A stretch of DNA of 64,000 nt from NCBI RefSeq assembly GCF_963921235.1, contig NC_086108.1, positions 28,832,001-28,896,000 on the forward strand, in the 5' to 3' direction. Below are positions 14,284-27,261 of this stretch, one piece after another. The notes beneath the pieces are model-generated. The model had not been told where the DNA came from, did not search any database, and was given only the letters and a program-made list of their open reading frames with translations. A program made the position numbers and the translations under genes. Numbering within the stretch: the first letter of the stretch is position 1; every line of letters starts with the position of its first letter. The stretch comes from Mobula hypostoma. Lineage: Eukaryota.

Positions 14284-16009
14284 TCTTAAACAGATAATCA
14301 CATTTAAACGTTTAACTGGAGCATCCAAAAAGACCATGGTTGTAGCAGGCATCAAGGAACAGCACTGTCATATTCCTTAACTCCTGGCAGCTAATAATTG
14401 TGAAACAACAGAATACAAACATATTGCACCCTTCACCTTCAGTATCCAAAAACTAGGAGAGTTCACAACAAATGAGTCGGCAAGACAGTTGCTGATCTCA
14501 TGAGGAAGTTGATACACCTCAAAGAAAATGTCCAGAACTGAGGGTGCCAATTAATAGAGTTTTACTTATCAGCTTACTTACTGCAATTGCTAAGCTTGAC
14601 TTAGGAACATAAATGTAAATTATATAAAGATAAATGTTAGTTCTGAAAGGAATTTCAACCCATTATTTTTGGTGTAATAAACAGGAATTGTCAACTCTTA
14701 CAGCTTTCAAAACTCAAAATATTTCTCCAAATAAAGGGTGGTTCTAATTTGCAGAAATCTTTAAATAATCTGTTGTGAGCTTGTAATTACGCAAGAATTG
14801 TAGTGCAGCATTCAAACAAAAAAATCAACATTGTCATATTTGACCCTGGCACACACAGGTAATTAAGAGAGCAAGTGTAACAGTACAATTAAGTTTTAAC
14901 ACCCCAAGTTCAGGAGAATAGTGCTTTCATCAAGATGTCAACTCATATTTTAGAAGTTGAAACAGAAATCATGACAAAAGGTAGGAGCCAAAGTTGATTT
15001 CAAAGCGAAAATGGGATACATCAAATGTGAAGTATAATTGTACCCTGCCCTAAGACTTCCTCTGAGCCAAATTCTTGCATAAACCAAACGCTTATCGTCA
15101 AATGTTTTTACTTTTACTCAAATGTGTAGCCTGTCAATTATCATTGATCAAACAATTTCTCCTTTTAGATTCCTCCAACTGAACCTTCTATATCATTAAG
15201 TTTAAACAACTTGTGTAAATTAAGTCTTTCCACCAACCCCTCTGCTCCATTAATGCTGCTCTGCTCTCAAACTATGGGATTTCTTTCCCAAATCTCCTCA
15301 GTAATCTTGTTTGGAAGTGTTGCTTCAAACCTACTTCTATGATTCTATGACCAAGCGTTTGTTCACCAGTTCTTACCCAATAACAATGCTGTAAAACACT
15401 TTTTTTTATTCCCCCCCCCCCATGTAAAGGCACCACATGAATGAATGTAAATTGTGTAGCTGTCGTAATAGATGTGTAGCTGGGAGAGGATGAAACTGCG
15501 TTGCCAAGAAAAGCTATTAGGAGCAATACTTGTCTCTCAGATGTTATTAGTGTCATTCACCTATTCCTTCTGCCCTCCCAAAATAATCATATTTATCCTA
15601 AAAGACTGAACTAAACCTAACCCACTCACTAATATCAAGCTTAGCGCAAAACAGGAACTACCTAATTACTCTTCCTCTCCTTGCCACATTCTAACAATGA
15701 TTTTTTTAAGACCTCTGATTTTTCTTTCCATTGCCTTGATTTCTAACTGATCTAGTCAGGTCCTAACATCATATCCATTCAATCTCTTGTAACTTCTTGA
15801 TTCAAAACTTCCTTTTAGTTCATCTCAACCAGTTCACATCTCATCTTTTGAAACAAAAACTAAACCTATCACATTTTGTGATATTAGATATGATGAAAAC
15901 AGTTCAATTAGGCTGTACACTCACTCAGTGTCACCTATCCCAATATACTTTACTGGAATCCAATGCTTTGTGAAAACATATCTTAATCTTTGACAGATAT
16001 AAGAGCGGG

Positions 16010-16130
16010 AGCAGATGCTGGAAAGCTGGATTGATGCACAAAATGCTGGAAGAACTCAGCAAGTCAAGCAGCATCATCGGAGGAAAATGCCTGACATGCT
16101 GAGTTTCTCCAGCATTCTGTGTGTGTTGAT
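16010..16130. repeat. Old fold-back remnant of a PLE 3' end
   Basis: cacaaaatgctggaagaactcagca followed by its imperfect reverse complement tgctgagtttctccagcattctgtg. Confidence 0.55.
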
Positions 16131-16909
16131 TTTGATCTTTGACTGCTGTGTCACGGAAGTTCAGAACTCTACTGGTCACTGAGAAACAGATTTTGACTAT
16201 CAATCAAAGATCAAATTATTGCGAGCTTTGATTCACTGATATAAAATTCCCAGCCATTTCTAAGTCCCTTCCAAATACTATCAAGCCCCTGAAAAATATT
16301 AATGGTATCACTCCTCAGAATTCAAAACTCAACCTCATCTTAACAGTATACTTTCCAAATGGTGGCTTCTCATTGCACACTCATTGCAAGTCTTTGCTTC
16401 CTCAGTTAAGATGACTGAAAGTATACAAAATATTCAGTAGTCTACTAAAGTAGTTCTCAACCTTTTCCTGCTTGTGACCCGCTTGTGACTTTCATTTATC
16501 TCTGTGGTCCCCACCTTCCACAGTCTCCATTAGTTGCTAAAGCTTTTTTTGGTCAATGGTACTAATTAATCTAAAATACGGACAATATTTATGTTTCAAC
16601 AGGTTATAGGAATAATTATCTTAAGTATAATGTTACAGGTTTGGTTATATACATGTACAATCAGATGACAATAAATGCGAACTTGAAGTACATTTTGTAA
16701 CTGTAACTACAACGGGTTTGGGTTAGTGTTAGTGTTAGGGTTAGGATTAGGTTGAGAGTATGCGGGCAGTGGACAAATCAGCCCCCTGGTGCTTTTTGAT
16801 CTCCTCACTTGAGATTCAATTTCACACAACCCTGCCACTTTGATCTGGCCCATGCCTTCATTAACCAGGTCCAACACTTACCTTTCTTGGATCTTGCCCC
16901 TCCCGACAA

Positions 16910-17005
16910 AGGTAATCCGGGTTTGTGGGGATGTGGCCAGGGTTAATCGGGGTGTGCCTAGGGTTTGTGGGGGTGTGGCCAGGGATAATCGGGATGTGCT
17001 TAGGG
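16910..17005 (+). repeat. G-rich minisatellite, about two 42-bp units built from 21-bp halves
   Basis: gggtttgtggggrtgtggccagggwtaatcgggrtgtgcyta occurs twice. Confidence 0.75.
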
Positions 17006-17399
17006 CTCAGGGCTCACCTATTTACTTCTACTGCTGCGATTAATTTATTACTTTAATATGAAATTCCCCTTTGGGTTATTTATTCACATCATTAATAGTT
17101 TATGATTTTCATGGTCCTAAAGCTCTCACCAATTTTTAATTGGGGTCTAACCTCTATGTATTCAGGAAGTAATTTTCTTCTTTGTAACAGAATATAATTA
17201 TTCCGTACTTCTGATCTACATACATTCCTGTCGTGTCCCTTCAGTTAGCAACCTCCCTCTCTCATAGTTACATAGTTTTATACACTACTTTGTTGTGCTC
17301 AACTAATCCGAGATGCTTACTCACATTTAGTTCATCTGTTCTCCTGCTACTTTAGTATACTATGGGAGGAAAGTGCATGTTGAGGAAACCTTCATTTAT

Positions 17400-17660
17400 T
17401 CCTCAGTTTTATTTGTATTGTTTTATTGAGATACAGCACAGAATAGGCCCTTTGAGCTACGCCATCCAGCAATCTCCCGATTTAATCCTAGCCTAATCAA
17501 TTTACAATAACCAATTAACCTTTGGACTGTAGGAGCACCCGCGGGAAACCCATGCAGTCACTGGGACAACATACAAACTTCTTGCAGGCAGCAGTGGGAA
17601 TTGAACCTACATTGCCTGTACTGTAAAACATTGTGCTAACCATTATACTACAGTGCCACA
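17400..17660 (-). mobile_element. HE1/V-SINE-like SINE
   Basis: Reverse complement of the family at 403-685 (tttggactgtaggagcacc..ggaaaccca; gggaattgaacc). Confidence 0.65.
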
Positions 17661-17964
17661 TAGTAACTGAGCATAACAAAAATCTCTCCAAATGATAATT
17701 GCTAAACCAACATCTTTAATTTCAGACTTTCCCTTCCATCTCTTTTTTCCCTAATTCAGTATCCATTCATTAATAACTTTGATCTATTTTAATCCTACCA
17801 GAATTCCTCTCTGTAGTGTGCATTCCCAAAACTGCTATTCCAACTCCTGTTTCTCCAAAACACATTGTATAATGATTACTTTTCATTCATTACAATTGGC
17901 CCTACAAATTATAGATTTACTCATGAAAGGAAATAAGGTATCATGCATCAGAAATGGAAAATCC

Positions 17965-18522
17965 CATAAAATGTAGGAGATATAGTCCAGTCCATCACAG
18001 ATAAAGCCATACCCACCATTGAGCACATTTGCACAGAGCATTGTCGCAGCAAAGCAGTATCCAGCATCAGGGACCCCCACCACCCAGGTGATGCTCTCTC
18101 CTTGCTGTTGCCATCAGACAGGTGGTACAGGGGGCCTCAAGACTCACACCACCAGGCTCAGGGACAGTTTTACCCCCAACCATTGAGGTTCTTAAACTAA
18201 AGGGGATAACTTCACTCAACTTCATTAACCCCATCACTGAAATGTTCCAGCAACCTATGGACTCACCTTCAAGGACTCTTCATCTCATGTCCTTGATATT
18301 TATTGCTTATTTATTATTATTAGTTCTTTCTTTTTGTATTTGCACAGTTTGTTGTCTTTGCACACTGATTGAGAGCCCACATTGGTGTGGTCTTTAATTG
18401 AATGTATAATGTTTATTATTCTATTATGGATTCATTGAGTATGCCCACAAGAAAATGAATCCCAGGTTTGTATATGGTGAGAAGTACTGTATGAACTTTG
18501 ATAATAAATTTACTTTGAACTT
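17965..18522 (+). mobile_element. Rex1/Babar-like LINE 3' fragment
   Basis: SIRDPHHPG-type remnant; tail aataaatttactttgaacttt. Confidence 0.65.
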
Positions 18523-18935
18523 TATTTGGTATTATTATAACAGAGGTTCAAAGTTCAAAGTAAAATTTATTATCAGAGTACATATATTTCAGCACATACA
18601 ACCTTGATATTCTTTTTCTCAGGGCATTGCTTTCAGTTGTGCAGAAGTGTGCAGGATGCTAGATAAAGATAAACAACATCCAAATAATATTTTAAAAACT
18701 CTGTGGCAAAATAACTTATCTATATAAAACAGGTTCTATGTATTAAATTTAATAAGGACAGGCGAATGTGCCAAGTGTATCCACGAACACCATAAACTGC
18801 TAAATAGAACTTATATTTTATAGATTTAGCAGATAATTGTCAATAGCAACAATTATGGCAGAAAGCAGTTGGAAACCTTAACTACATAAGTATCTTCTCA
18901 GCATCAAATGTAGAAATAAATTACACTGCATTCTA

Positions 18936-19123
18936 GTGGCTGGTGAACGCAGCAGGCCAGGTAGCATCTCTAGGAAGAGGTACAGTTGACGTTTCAGGAC
19001 GAAGGGTCTCGGCCTGAAACGTCGACTGTACCTCTTCCTAGAGATGCTGCCTGGCCTGCTGCGTTCGCCAGCAACTTTGATGTGTGTGGCTTGAATTTCC
19101 AGCATCTGCAGAATTCCTGTTGT
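18936..19123. mobile_element. Fold-back PLE-end insertion
   Basis: Arms of about 60 bp inverted around about 18999-19012; TSD ttacactgYattcta at 18921-18935 and 19124-19138. Confidence 0.85.
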
Positions 19124-19184
19124 TTACACTGTATTCTAAATTTGTTTTCTGCTCAAGATCTAGAATTCCAGGAACACTTCTTAC

Positions 19185-19321
19185 CAGATTCTCCTGGTTC
19201 CTGGCAGCAACTTTTTGTTCATCTTCATGACCTGCATGGCGCTTCTCACTCCAGTCAGATTCATCCTGGCTAACAGTCTTCATGTATTTCACCTCTTCAA
19301 CTGTTCTAATCCTGAACTCCT
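19185..19321 (-). CDS. C1orf21: Internal coding exon of a C1orf21 (DUF4612)-like gene
   Basis: Acceptor ccattttacag| and donor |gtaaga; 137 nt, phase 1 to phase 0. Encodes (x)EFRIRTVEEVKYMKTVSQDESDWSEKRHAGHEDEQKVAARNQENL, matching human C1orf21 as recalled (DEYRIKPVEEVKYMKNGAEEEQKIAARNQENL). No other exon of the gene was found in the window; orthologue versus paralogue is unresolved. Confidence 0.85.
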
Positions 19322-20955
19322 CTGTAAAATGGTAACAGCAAAATTAGTCAGGAAAATCAATAATGGATTCAAGCTGGACAATGAATTATCAAAAGAGCAG
19401 ATTTATTTCCCTGAGTGACTTAAGGAAATAAACACCAAAACTGCCAGCAACCAATTCAGTTCTACAGTGAAAACATCAGAATATGTAGTTTAATTAAAGG
19501 CCTGCCATTGACTGCCATATTTCAGAATCAACACCAACAAAACTGACCTTGGTTTTACATGTTAATAGTGCTGTAAATGGACCACAGTGAGAGACGCAGG
19601 TTAGCTTACAGCATGCCTGACCTCACATTCTTCAAGATGATAATACTTTTATGGTTGTCCATGCTCACTGCAGCTGCAACTGCACAGCTTCAGCTGAGGG
19701 ATGCTGGTATAAGTGACTGAGCAGCAAGGCCATTGCACTCCACTCTTTGGTTGAAGGATGGGATACTTGATTAAAATATGATCATGGGCAGAAACATTTG
19801 GAAAAATACAGATGCAGAGTAAATCATCAATATATAACATTTTGTGCAAACATGCCAAAATGTCAACAAAATTTAGATCGAGTAAGGTCTTCTGAAAGAG
19901 ACGTCATGTAGACTAGCAGTTAGTATTGGCAACTCCTAACTCTAGCGATCTGGATGCATCATGAAATCTGTTGCTGTGGAATTTTCCATATCTTTATTGT
20001 GACTATGAGAGTTTCCCGTGGGCGTTTCTGTTTCCTCCTGCATCCTGAAATGGCCACTGTAAATTATTGCTTATTTTCCTAGATAACTGTTACGAGGGGA
20101 GTTTACGAGCATGTAACAGAGAATCGGTTACAAAGCACCAAGAGTGTGACGTGATTGATGGGGCTGCACTGTTGGGTGCTGGCATGGATTAGGTGGTTTC
20201 TTTCTGTGAGGTAATAAGTGAGAAAGAGAATCTGGCCAAAGATCAAGATGACAGGACAGACAGGCAGGGATGAATGTGCTCTTTGCTTCTAATGACAGAG
20301 GGACTGCTGTGCATGTCCATAACACTGGACAAATTTAGCACATTCTATCTTTCGTTTAAAGGTCAAGATAAGTTGCAGAGGCGAAATACAACTGTTGCCT
20401 TCAAGTTCACATTCTGCACAATAAAACAGCTTTTGCATTAAATATTAATTTCCTGCCTTCAGACAGATTAAAGTGATGCATGTTACAAGTGGTGCACATT
20501 ATGTTGCAGCCCTGGGATATATCAATCTAGAAGTTGTTGCAGCAGATCACAAGTTGAATTGTTACAAATAAAATCACCCCACTTTTGGGACTGACTGGTG
20601 CAAATTAACTCATGAGGATATCAAAAAAAGATTTTTAGCACCTTACGATCACCAAGTTGCCAATTGAAATAAACCTTCCACTAAATGAACCAACTTAAGC
20701 TTTCTCATTAAGCACTGCGTGGTACACAGCAGTAACTCCTGTAAGATATTATAAATAAAATGTGCCCTCAGTGATAAACTAAACTGATTTGAAGATTAGT
20801 GAATATGTTGCCTTTTGCGATACATTAACTGGATTAACATTACTAATGCACCTCATCCACTTTAGATTAGTACTAGATCAGAGTTCTCACTAAATAAACT
20901 TAATTGATTAAAAATACAAGAACACCCAGTAAAGTACAACTCTATGGAGCAATAA

Positions 20956-21755
20956 CCTGGGCAACAGTCCTTTTCAAAAATGCTGTGTCATCAGAATATT
21001 TTTCTTTTATGATAGACCACTTCAAGCTGAACACAAGCAATTTCTGACTACTTGTATCATGCAGGAATTTGGTGAAACAAGAAATTAATTTTTATTGAAT
21101 AAAATGTGTTTAACTGCATAATGGTGCTGAGGCTTTGCAATAGCTCAACTAAGCTAAAAATGTTTGGTTTATGATTTCATTTGTACTCAGTGTCTGAGGC
21201 TTCTTGCTTTAGCGTCCAACAACAATCAGCCAGCATTGATGGATTCCAGTTGCCCTGACACTGTTTATCTATCACCACAATGCCCCGGTGAAACCTTTCA
21301 CCATGCTCGTCACGAACATTACCAAGATTTGCAGGGAAGAAGTCTAAGTCGTAATATCCGAAATGAATTTTTAGTAACATAGTGCACTTCATGGTTTTGT
21401 GTGCTTGAAGCATGCTGTTAACCAGCTGAATGCAGTTTGGTGCTCTGCAGTTGCCAAGACAATGTTCAACAACATTCTTGAATACCTCCCATGTGTTTTT
21501 CTGCAGTCTCACTCGAAATTCTTCGAATTAACTGTCATTGGTGACCTGTTTGATTTATGGACCAAGAAAAGTGCCTTCCTTAATCCTGGCATAAGATATT
21601 TTGGCTTGAATTATGAATTGAAATAACAAATGTAGGCAAATTCAAAGAAATGTATGTGATAGGGAATTTTCTTGTGATCTTCATGATCAGCAGCCCAAAA
21701 ACCAATAGGATACACCCAAAAATATTTAGGAAGCAAAACTCTTTGTTGCCCAGTG
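20956..21755 (-). mobile_element. Chapaev3-like (CMC) DNA transposon relic
   Basis: Peptide LKIHF..LDFFPANLG.V.DEHGERFH...MLADCCWTL (21177-21512); terminus CACTGGGCAACA at 21755 next to TAA; imperfect partner cctgggcaaca at 20956 after TAA. Family assignment from recalled motifs. Confidence 0.6.
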
Positions 21756-21894
21756 TAATTACTTTTCAGGAATGTACATGAGAGCAGCATTTTATATTCT
21801 ACTCTCAATAGCATTAGGACCATGGTGAATCTAACTAAACATACCAGTGTTCATTGTCACAACGGAGGAATCCTGACAATTTACGAAGTGCATA

Positions 21895-22414
21895 CAGTGT
21901 TGTGCAAAAATCGTAAGACATGTTATTTATAAATGATAAAGCGAGTTTGTAAATCTGGTGGGAGCAAAGGATGTTGGGAATGGCAAAGGTGGAGTGCCAC
22001 AGGAGGGATGTGGGACAAGTGGCACAGAAGCAGTGCCAAGGGCAGGAGGGTGCAGACTCACCTGGCCCTGAGACACCAGAGAAGGTCATTTGATACCAAA
22101 CAATTGGTTTATTGATCATTGCAGAATGTCTCTCTGGTGTTTCCCACTCCTTCCCCTCTCCCTTCTCCTTTACCCAACCATGATTCCCCTCTCTCTGCCC
22201 TTCCCTCTCTCAGTCCACAAGAGAGACCGATAATCAGGATCAGATTTATCATCACCCATATATGTCATGAAATCATCACCCATATATGTCATGAAATTTG
22301 CGTTTTATTGTGGAGGCAGTACAGTGCAATACATAAAATTACTACAGTACCGTGCAGAAGTCTTAGGCGCCCTAGCTGTATATAGATATATTTGAAGACT
22401 TTTGCACAGTACTG
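21895..22414 (+). mobile_element. Composite Tc1/mariner-type non-autonomous element (MITE-core-MITE)
   Basis: CAGTACTGTGCAAAAGTCTT-like ends, TA flanks, complete 70-bp MITE at 22345-22414; core shared with 50965-51447. Confidence 0.7.
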
Positions 22415-22854
22415 TAAACGTTTTAACATTGCAATATTTGCTTCTGACTTTTTAGCCTGAAAACACAGCAAAACTTAATAGATTGCTTAATGTCTCCACT
22501 TCTACTGCACCACCAATTGTAACAGGTTTAAGGAAAGCAGAAATGTGCTTCCTTCAGACAATTATATCATTGCAGTTCATCTTTTTTTCCATTCGAAGTT
22601 ACTGAGTGAGGATTATTGGTTCTTCATTGATCAAAAAGCTATTAATTTGAAGGCCAGTCTTCCTGATGACCTTAAAAGGTATGATGTATTTTCTGACTCC
22701 CTGTACATCGCTTCCAAACCAATACTAGTTCCTGGCACTCTGAAATTTCCAAAAAAACAAATTTCATAAACTTGTTCATGGAGGACTTTTGTAAAAAGCA
22801 AAAATAGTCAAAAGCTGTGATTTTACTCCTGTAATTTGAAAAACAATTTCAAAT

Positions 22855-23360
22855 CACCTCTCAAGTAAGAACTTTCTACAGGGGCACAACTGAGAGCATC
22901 CTGACTGGCTGCATCACTGCCTGGTATGGGAACTGTACTTCCTTCAATCACAGGACTCTGCAAAGAATGGTACAGACAGCCCCACACATCTGGAGATGTG
23001 AACTTCCCACTATTCAGGATATTTACAAAGACAGGTGTGTAAAAAGGGCCTGAAGGATCACTAGGGACCCGAGTCACCCCAACCACAAACTGTTCCAGCT
23101 GCTACCATTCGGGAAATGTACCACAGCATTAAAGCCAAGACCAATAGGCTATGGGACAGTTTCTTCCACCAGGCCATCAAGACTGATTAACTTACTCTAA
23201 CACAATTGCATTTCTATGTCATACTGATTGTCCTGTTGTACATACTATTTATTACAAATTACTATAAATGTATTATACATTTAGATGGAGACCTAACGTA
23301 AAGATATTTACTCCTTGTGTATATTAAGGATTTAAGTAATGAAGTCAATTCAATTCAAAT
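22855..23360 (+). mobile_element. Rex1/Babar-like LINE 3' fragment
   Basis: ESILTGCITAWYG remnant; (caatt)n tail. Confidence 0.75.
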
Positions 23361-24284
23361 CAGAATACACAGGAAAATTTGGATTTTTATTTTAGAAATT
23401 TCCAATGTTTCCTTCGTTCAGCCCTATTAAAGGGTAGCTGAACTTCTGTCAGAAACTGGACTCAGCTTGAAAAAAACTTCTGAATTACACTCAAACATCA
23501 CAGTTCTTGCCTGAACTTGCACTCAAACAAAAGCTAATAAGAGTGAAGAGTCAGTTTAAAAAATATAAATCCCATGAAGATACAACTGTCAGATTTATTT
23601 AACATGCAATTACGGAGAAAGGCAAGTAGCATACAAGCAGAGCAGTAATAGATAAACTAAAAGCTTGGTTTACTGATCCATTTGAATGTGGGATAAAAAT
23701 CGGCACCTACACCAATTATCTGAAACTTCAATAATACATCTAAAAACTCTGTGTAACTGTCCCACTCACTCTATTCTCTGCTAAGTCTTTACAACAGCAA
23801 TCTGAAACCCATCCCAAAACTGTACTTTCACCATAGCTCTGTATTATCATTTTCGTGCACTTCTGCCTCAAAATTGCAACAATTGTTGTTCTACTGTGTT
23901 GTAAAAAGTATAGAGGCCGAATTATGTGCCAAAAATTCTGTGCTTTAACACCCTCTGCAGAAAGATCTTAGCTGCAGACCACTCTGACATCAAAAACAAA
24001 ACCGGGAGACTTGATTCAAATTGCAATGCCTTTTCTCCTTCACAATAGAGGACACGGTGAACAACAGAATTTTTGAAACGCTTCTTTTTAGATCTTCCAT
24101 TGGGGAAGTATTTGAAAACGAGCTTACAGCTCACCTCCCAGCACCAATGACCTTTGCGAAAGTTCAACTATTGGAATGCTGTCATATTACAGGTACTTAT
24201 TTTCAAATTTATAGATTGTAAGCATTGCACCCATGAGATTAACAAACTATAAAAAAGTTGAAAACAGATCTAGTGCTTTCCCAG

Positions 24285-24420
24285 TGTATACGACGAATAC
24301 ATTCTTCTTGGGCTACCAATCGGGTATAGGTGTCGATTTTAACCAATGTTTTGATGACAGACTCTGCCATCTTCATCAGGATGATGTCTAGGCACATCTA
24401 GCCTGGTGGTATTTATACTT
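24285..24420 (-). mobile_element. Terminal fragment of a second PLE family with a decayed hammerhead
   Basis: Minus strand CTGATGA-A-GATGGCAG(AGT)CTGTCATC-aAAAC-aTt. Confidence 0.55.
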
Positions 24421-24451
24421 CATTAAAAAGTTGTTTGTTCATCAACCAAGC

Positions 24452-24730
24452 ATGCACAAAACGCTGGAGGAACTCAGCAGGTCAGACAGCATCTATGGAA
24501 ATGAATAAACAGTCGACATTTTGGGCCGAGACCCTTATTCAGGACTGGAAGGGGGAAGATCCAGAATAAAAAGGTGGGAGGTAAGGGAAAGAGTCTAGCC
24601 AAAAAGTTATATGTGAAGCCAGGTGGGTAGGAAGGGTCAAGAGTGGAGAAGGAAGAATCTGATAGGAGAGGATAGGATAAAGGCGAGGAGGGGGGCTGGG
24701 GGAAGTAATAGACAGGAGAGAAGAAAATAA
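24452..24730 (-). mobile_element. Older PLE 3' fragment
   Basis: gctggaggaactcagcag..agtcgacattttgggccgagaccctt..caggact plus a purine-rich tract. Confidence 0.7.
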
Positions 24731-26161
24731 ATGATTCATCAACTATCTGACTTTTTAAGTACACTTAACTTTTTGTTTTCAGTTTTGATTACATCTCTGA
24801 TTTTAGACCACCTTTTAAGATTATATGAAAACAAGTTGCAAGTTGTATACACCATGTTTATGCAGCACCCACTTGAAAAATCAGTGTTTATGAAATACAC
24901 CCCCATAAATGATTGCTTTACATTTTTCAGGTGGAGCTGATGATGGATGTCTCAGGCTCAAATGTTTAATTTACTTTAGGTGTGTAAAATGTGTTGGAAC
25001 TTCCATTACTTCTTTTGCAATGGCAGAGACTGCTGTATCCCTCAAAGCTTAACGGTTATGTGACCTTTAGAATGCATTACGGAGAAAACAGAAAGTAAAA
25101 CTTGTTTCATCAAGCTGATACCTGAATACTGACTATGTGCTATTTGCTGCATCAACAAATCCCAAAAAATGGAGCGTGACCTTCAAAGATAAACCAAAAT
25201 TACAACCCACATTACTTGAATACAAGCCATTCCTTCCCACGTATACTAGCTACATTGGTTTCCTGCAAAATACTGTTTTACTAAAGGCGGCCGTAATTAC
25301 CCATGCCTAAATACAGGATTAAAACCTGCAATTTGGCTCTTCTAGCCTCTTTACACTGCAGCATTAGTGTTGTTTCAGATGATTTATACTTTGCAGTAAT
25401 TTTGAGCTGAAGTTTAACTCTGGGTAATATCCTAGCAAATTTTCATAAGCCAACAGCATACATCCTATTTGAGTAAGTCAGTTTCTTACTTATTTAGCTT
25501 GACATATGAAACATTGAGCTTGCTTTCATAATTTCTCGAAGTGTTCTCTGCAGCCCACCATAACACGGTTGAGTACACTCCAGCTTCTGTCAAATTATAG
25601 GAAAGTTTGGACAGTTGGCCTCCAAACTGAACTCAGTCAATCTTTTCCACTTAAATTCTTCATAGAACAGATACAGTTAAGTAAAATACGAGGTTCCGCA
25701 GATGGTAGAAATCCAAAGTAACACGCACAGCAGGGAAAAGAAAACTTCTGTCCATTCAAGCAATGTTGCATTTAATTAGTGGAATTAAAGATGCCAAGAT
25801 AATGAAACAGGGACAACTAACTTCTTCTAGAAACTAAAGATTTCTGGACAGAACTATTTGAGTCATGCGGAATGAATCAGGCTTCCCAATTCAAGAGTGC
25901 TTATGCATCTTTAATTAGTGGATGTGCATCTTCATTAAACTTTGATCTTCACTGACCTTCACTGAACCTGCATTCTATCAGAATCAGCTTTCGATTCTAC
26001 TGACATGCATTGCAAGACTAGGAGCTTTCATAACTTCAATACCTCCGATCCTCCCATTCTTGTGATGAGACCTTACATGCAAAATACCTGCTGCATATCC
26101 TGTTTGAGACTGCAACTTGAGACTACAAAGCAGAATGGTTTGAAATGCAGTCTCTTTAGAA

Positions 26162-26241
26162 CAGGGGCTCCTAACCAGGTGTCCATGGACCCCATGCTTA
26201 ATGGTATTGGTCCATGGCATAAAAAATGTTGGGAACCCCTT
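26162..26241. mobile_element. 80-bp hAT-type MITE
   Basis: Imperfect TIRs caggggctcctaac / gttgggaacccct; flanking 8-mers ctttagaa and catcagac match only partly. Confidence 0.55.
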
Positions 26242-27261
26242 CATCAGACATGCAGCAGGTATTTCTCACACAAGGTCTCAGAAGAATTTTCTAAAGAAGG
26301 CGTAGTTTTCAGATGTTGGTTGTGCCATAAACACCAGATTTGACAAGAATTCTTCTGCTCTTTGAGCAGTACCCATTAAGCCCCACCGGCTTAACTCGAT
26401 GGGCCAAATGGCTTAATTCTGCTTCTAAGTCTTATGGACTCTTGACTTCACAATCTACCCCACTGTGACCTTGCATGTTACTGTCTAACTGCACTGCATT
26501 TTCTATGTATTGCAACACACTATTCTGCTCTTCATTATTGCTTTATCTTGTACTACCTCAATGAACCACTGTAATGACTTGATCTATATATGGTTAGTTT
26601 ACTAGAAAAGTTATGCACTTACATTCCTAATCTTATCTTCTCAATAGAACATTATGGGCTACCTCTTGCACAACCATGGTGCTTTGCATTAAGTCTTTTG
26701 TTCTCCACTATCCAGTAAAATTTATTTTTGGCTTGTTGTCTGAATCGACACATTGTGATGTTACCACAAGTTTTCCCAATGGACCTGTATCTCACCATAT
26801 TTGTACACAACAAAAAAATGATTTCCCCTTTCACTGTTCTAAATTCCAGGGAATACAAGGCTCACCTGTTCAGCTCTTCCTCAGAAGACCCATTCCAGGT
26901 GTTAATGTAGAAAATTGTCTCTGAAGTTCGTTTCCGAAATACTAACATCCGTCTTTAAATAATCAGGTCATTACTGCAACACAGTACTCCAAATGTGCCC
27001 TCATCAACATGCTAGATACCTGAAGTTATCACCTCTCTGCTTCTATTAAACTCCCATTCATAGAATTCTGTTATCATCCTTAATTATTGCTGTACCTGAA
27101 TGCCACTGTACTGTGAGTAATGCTCTGGGATGGCCAAATCCTTGGTGAAATAGTCATAGAACTGTGCAGTGTCAAAATTGGTTATTCAGCCCAATCGGTC
27201 CACACCAACCAGCAGATACCTATGCCATCTCCCAAAATTGGGTCCAGAACCTCCCCTGCCT

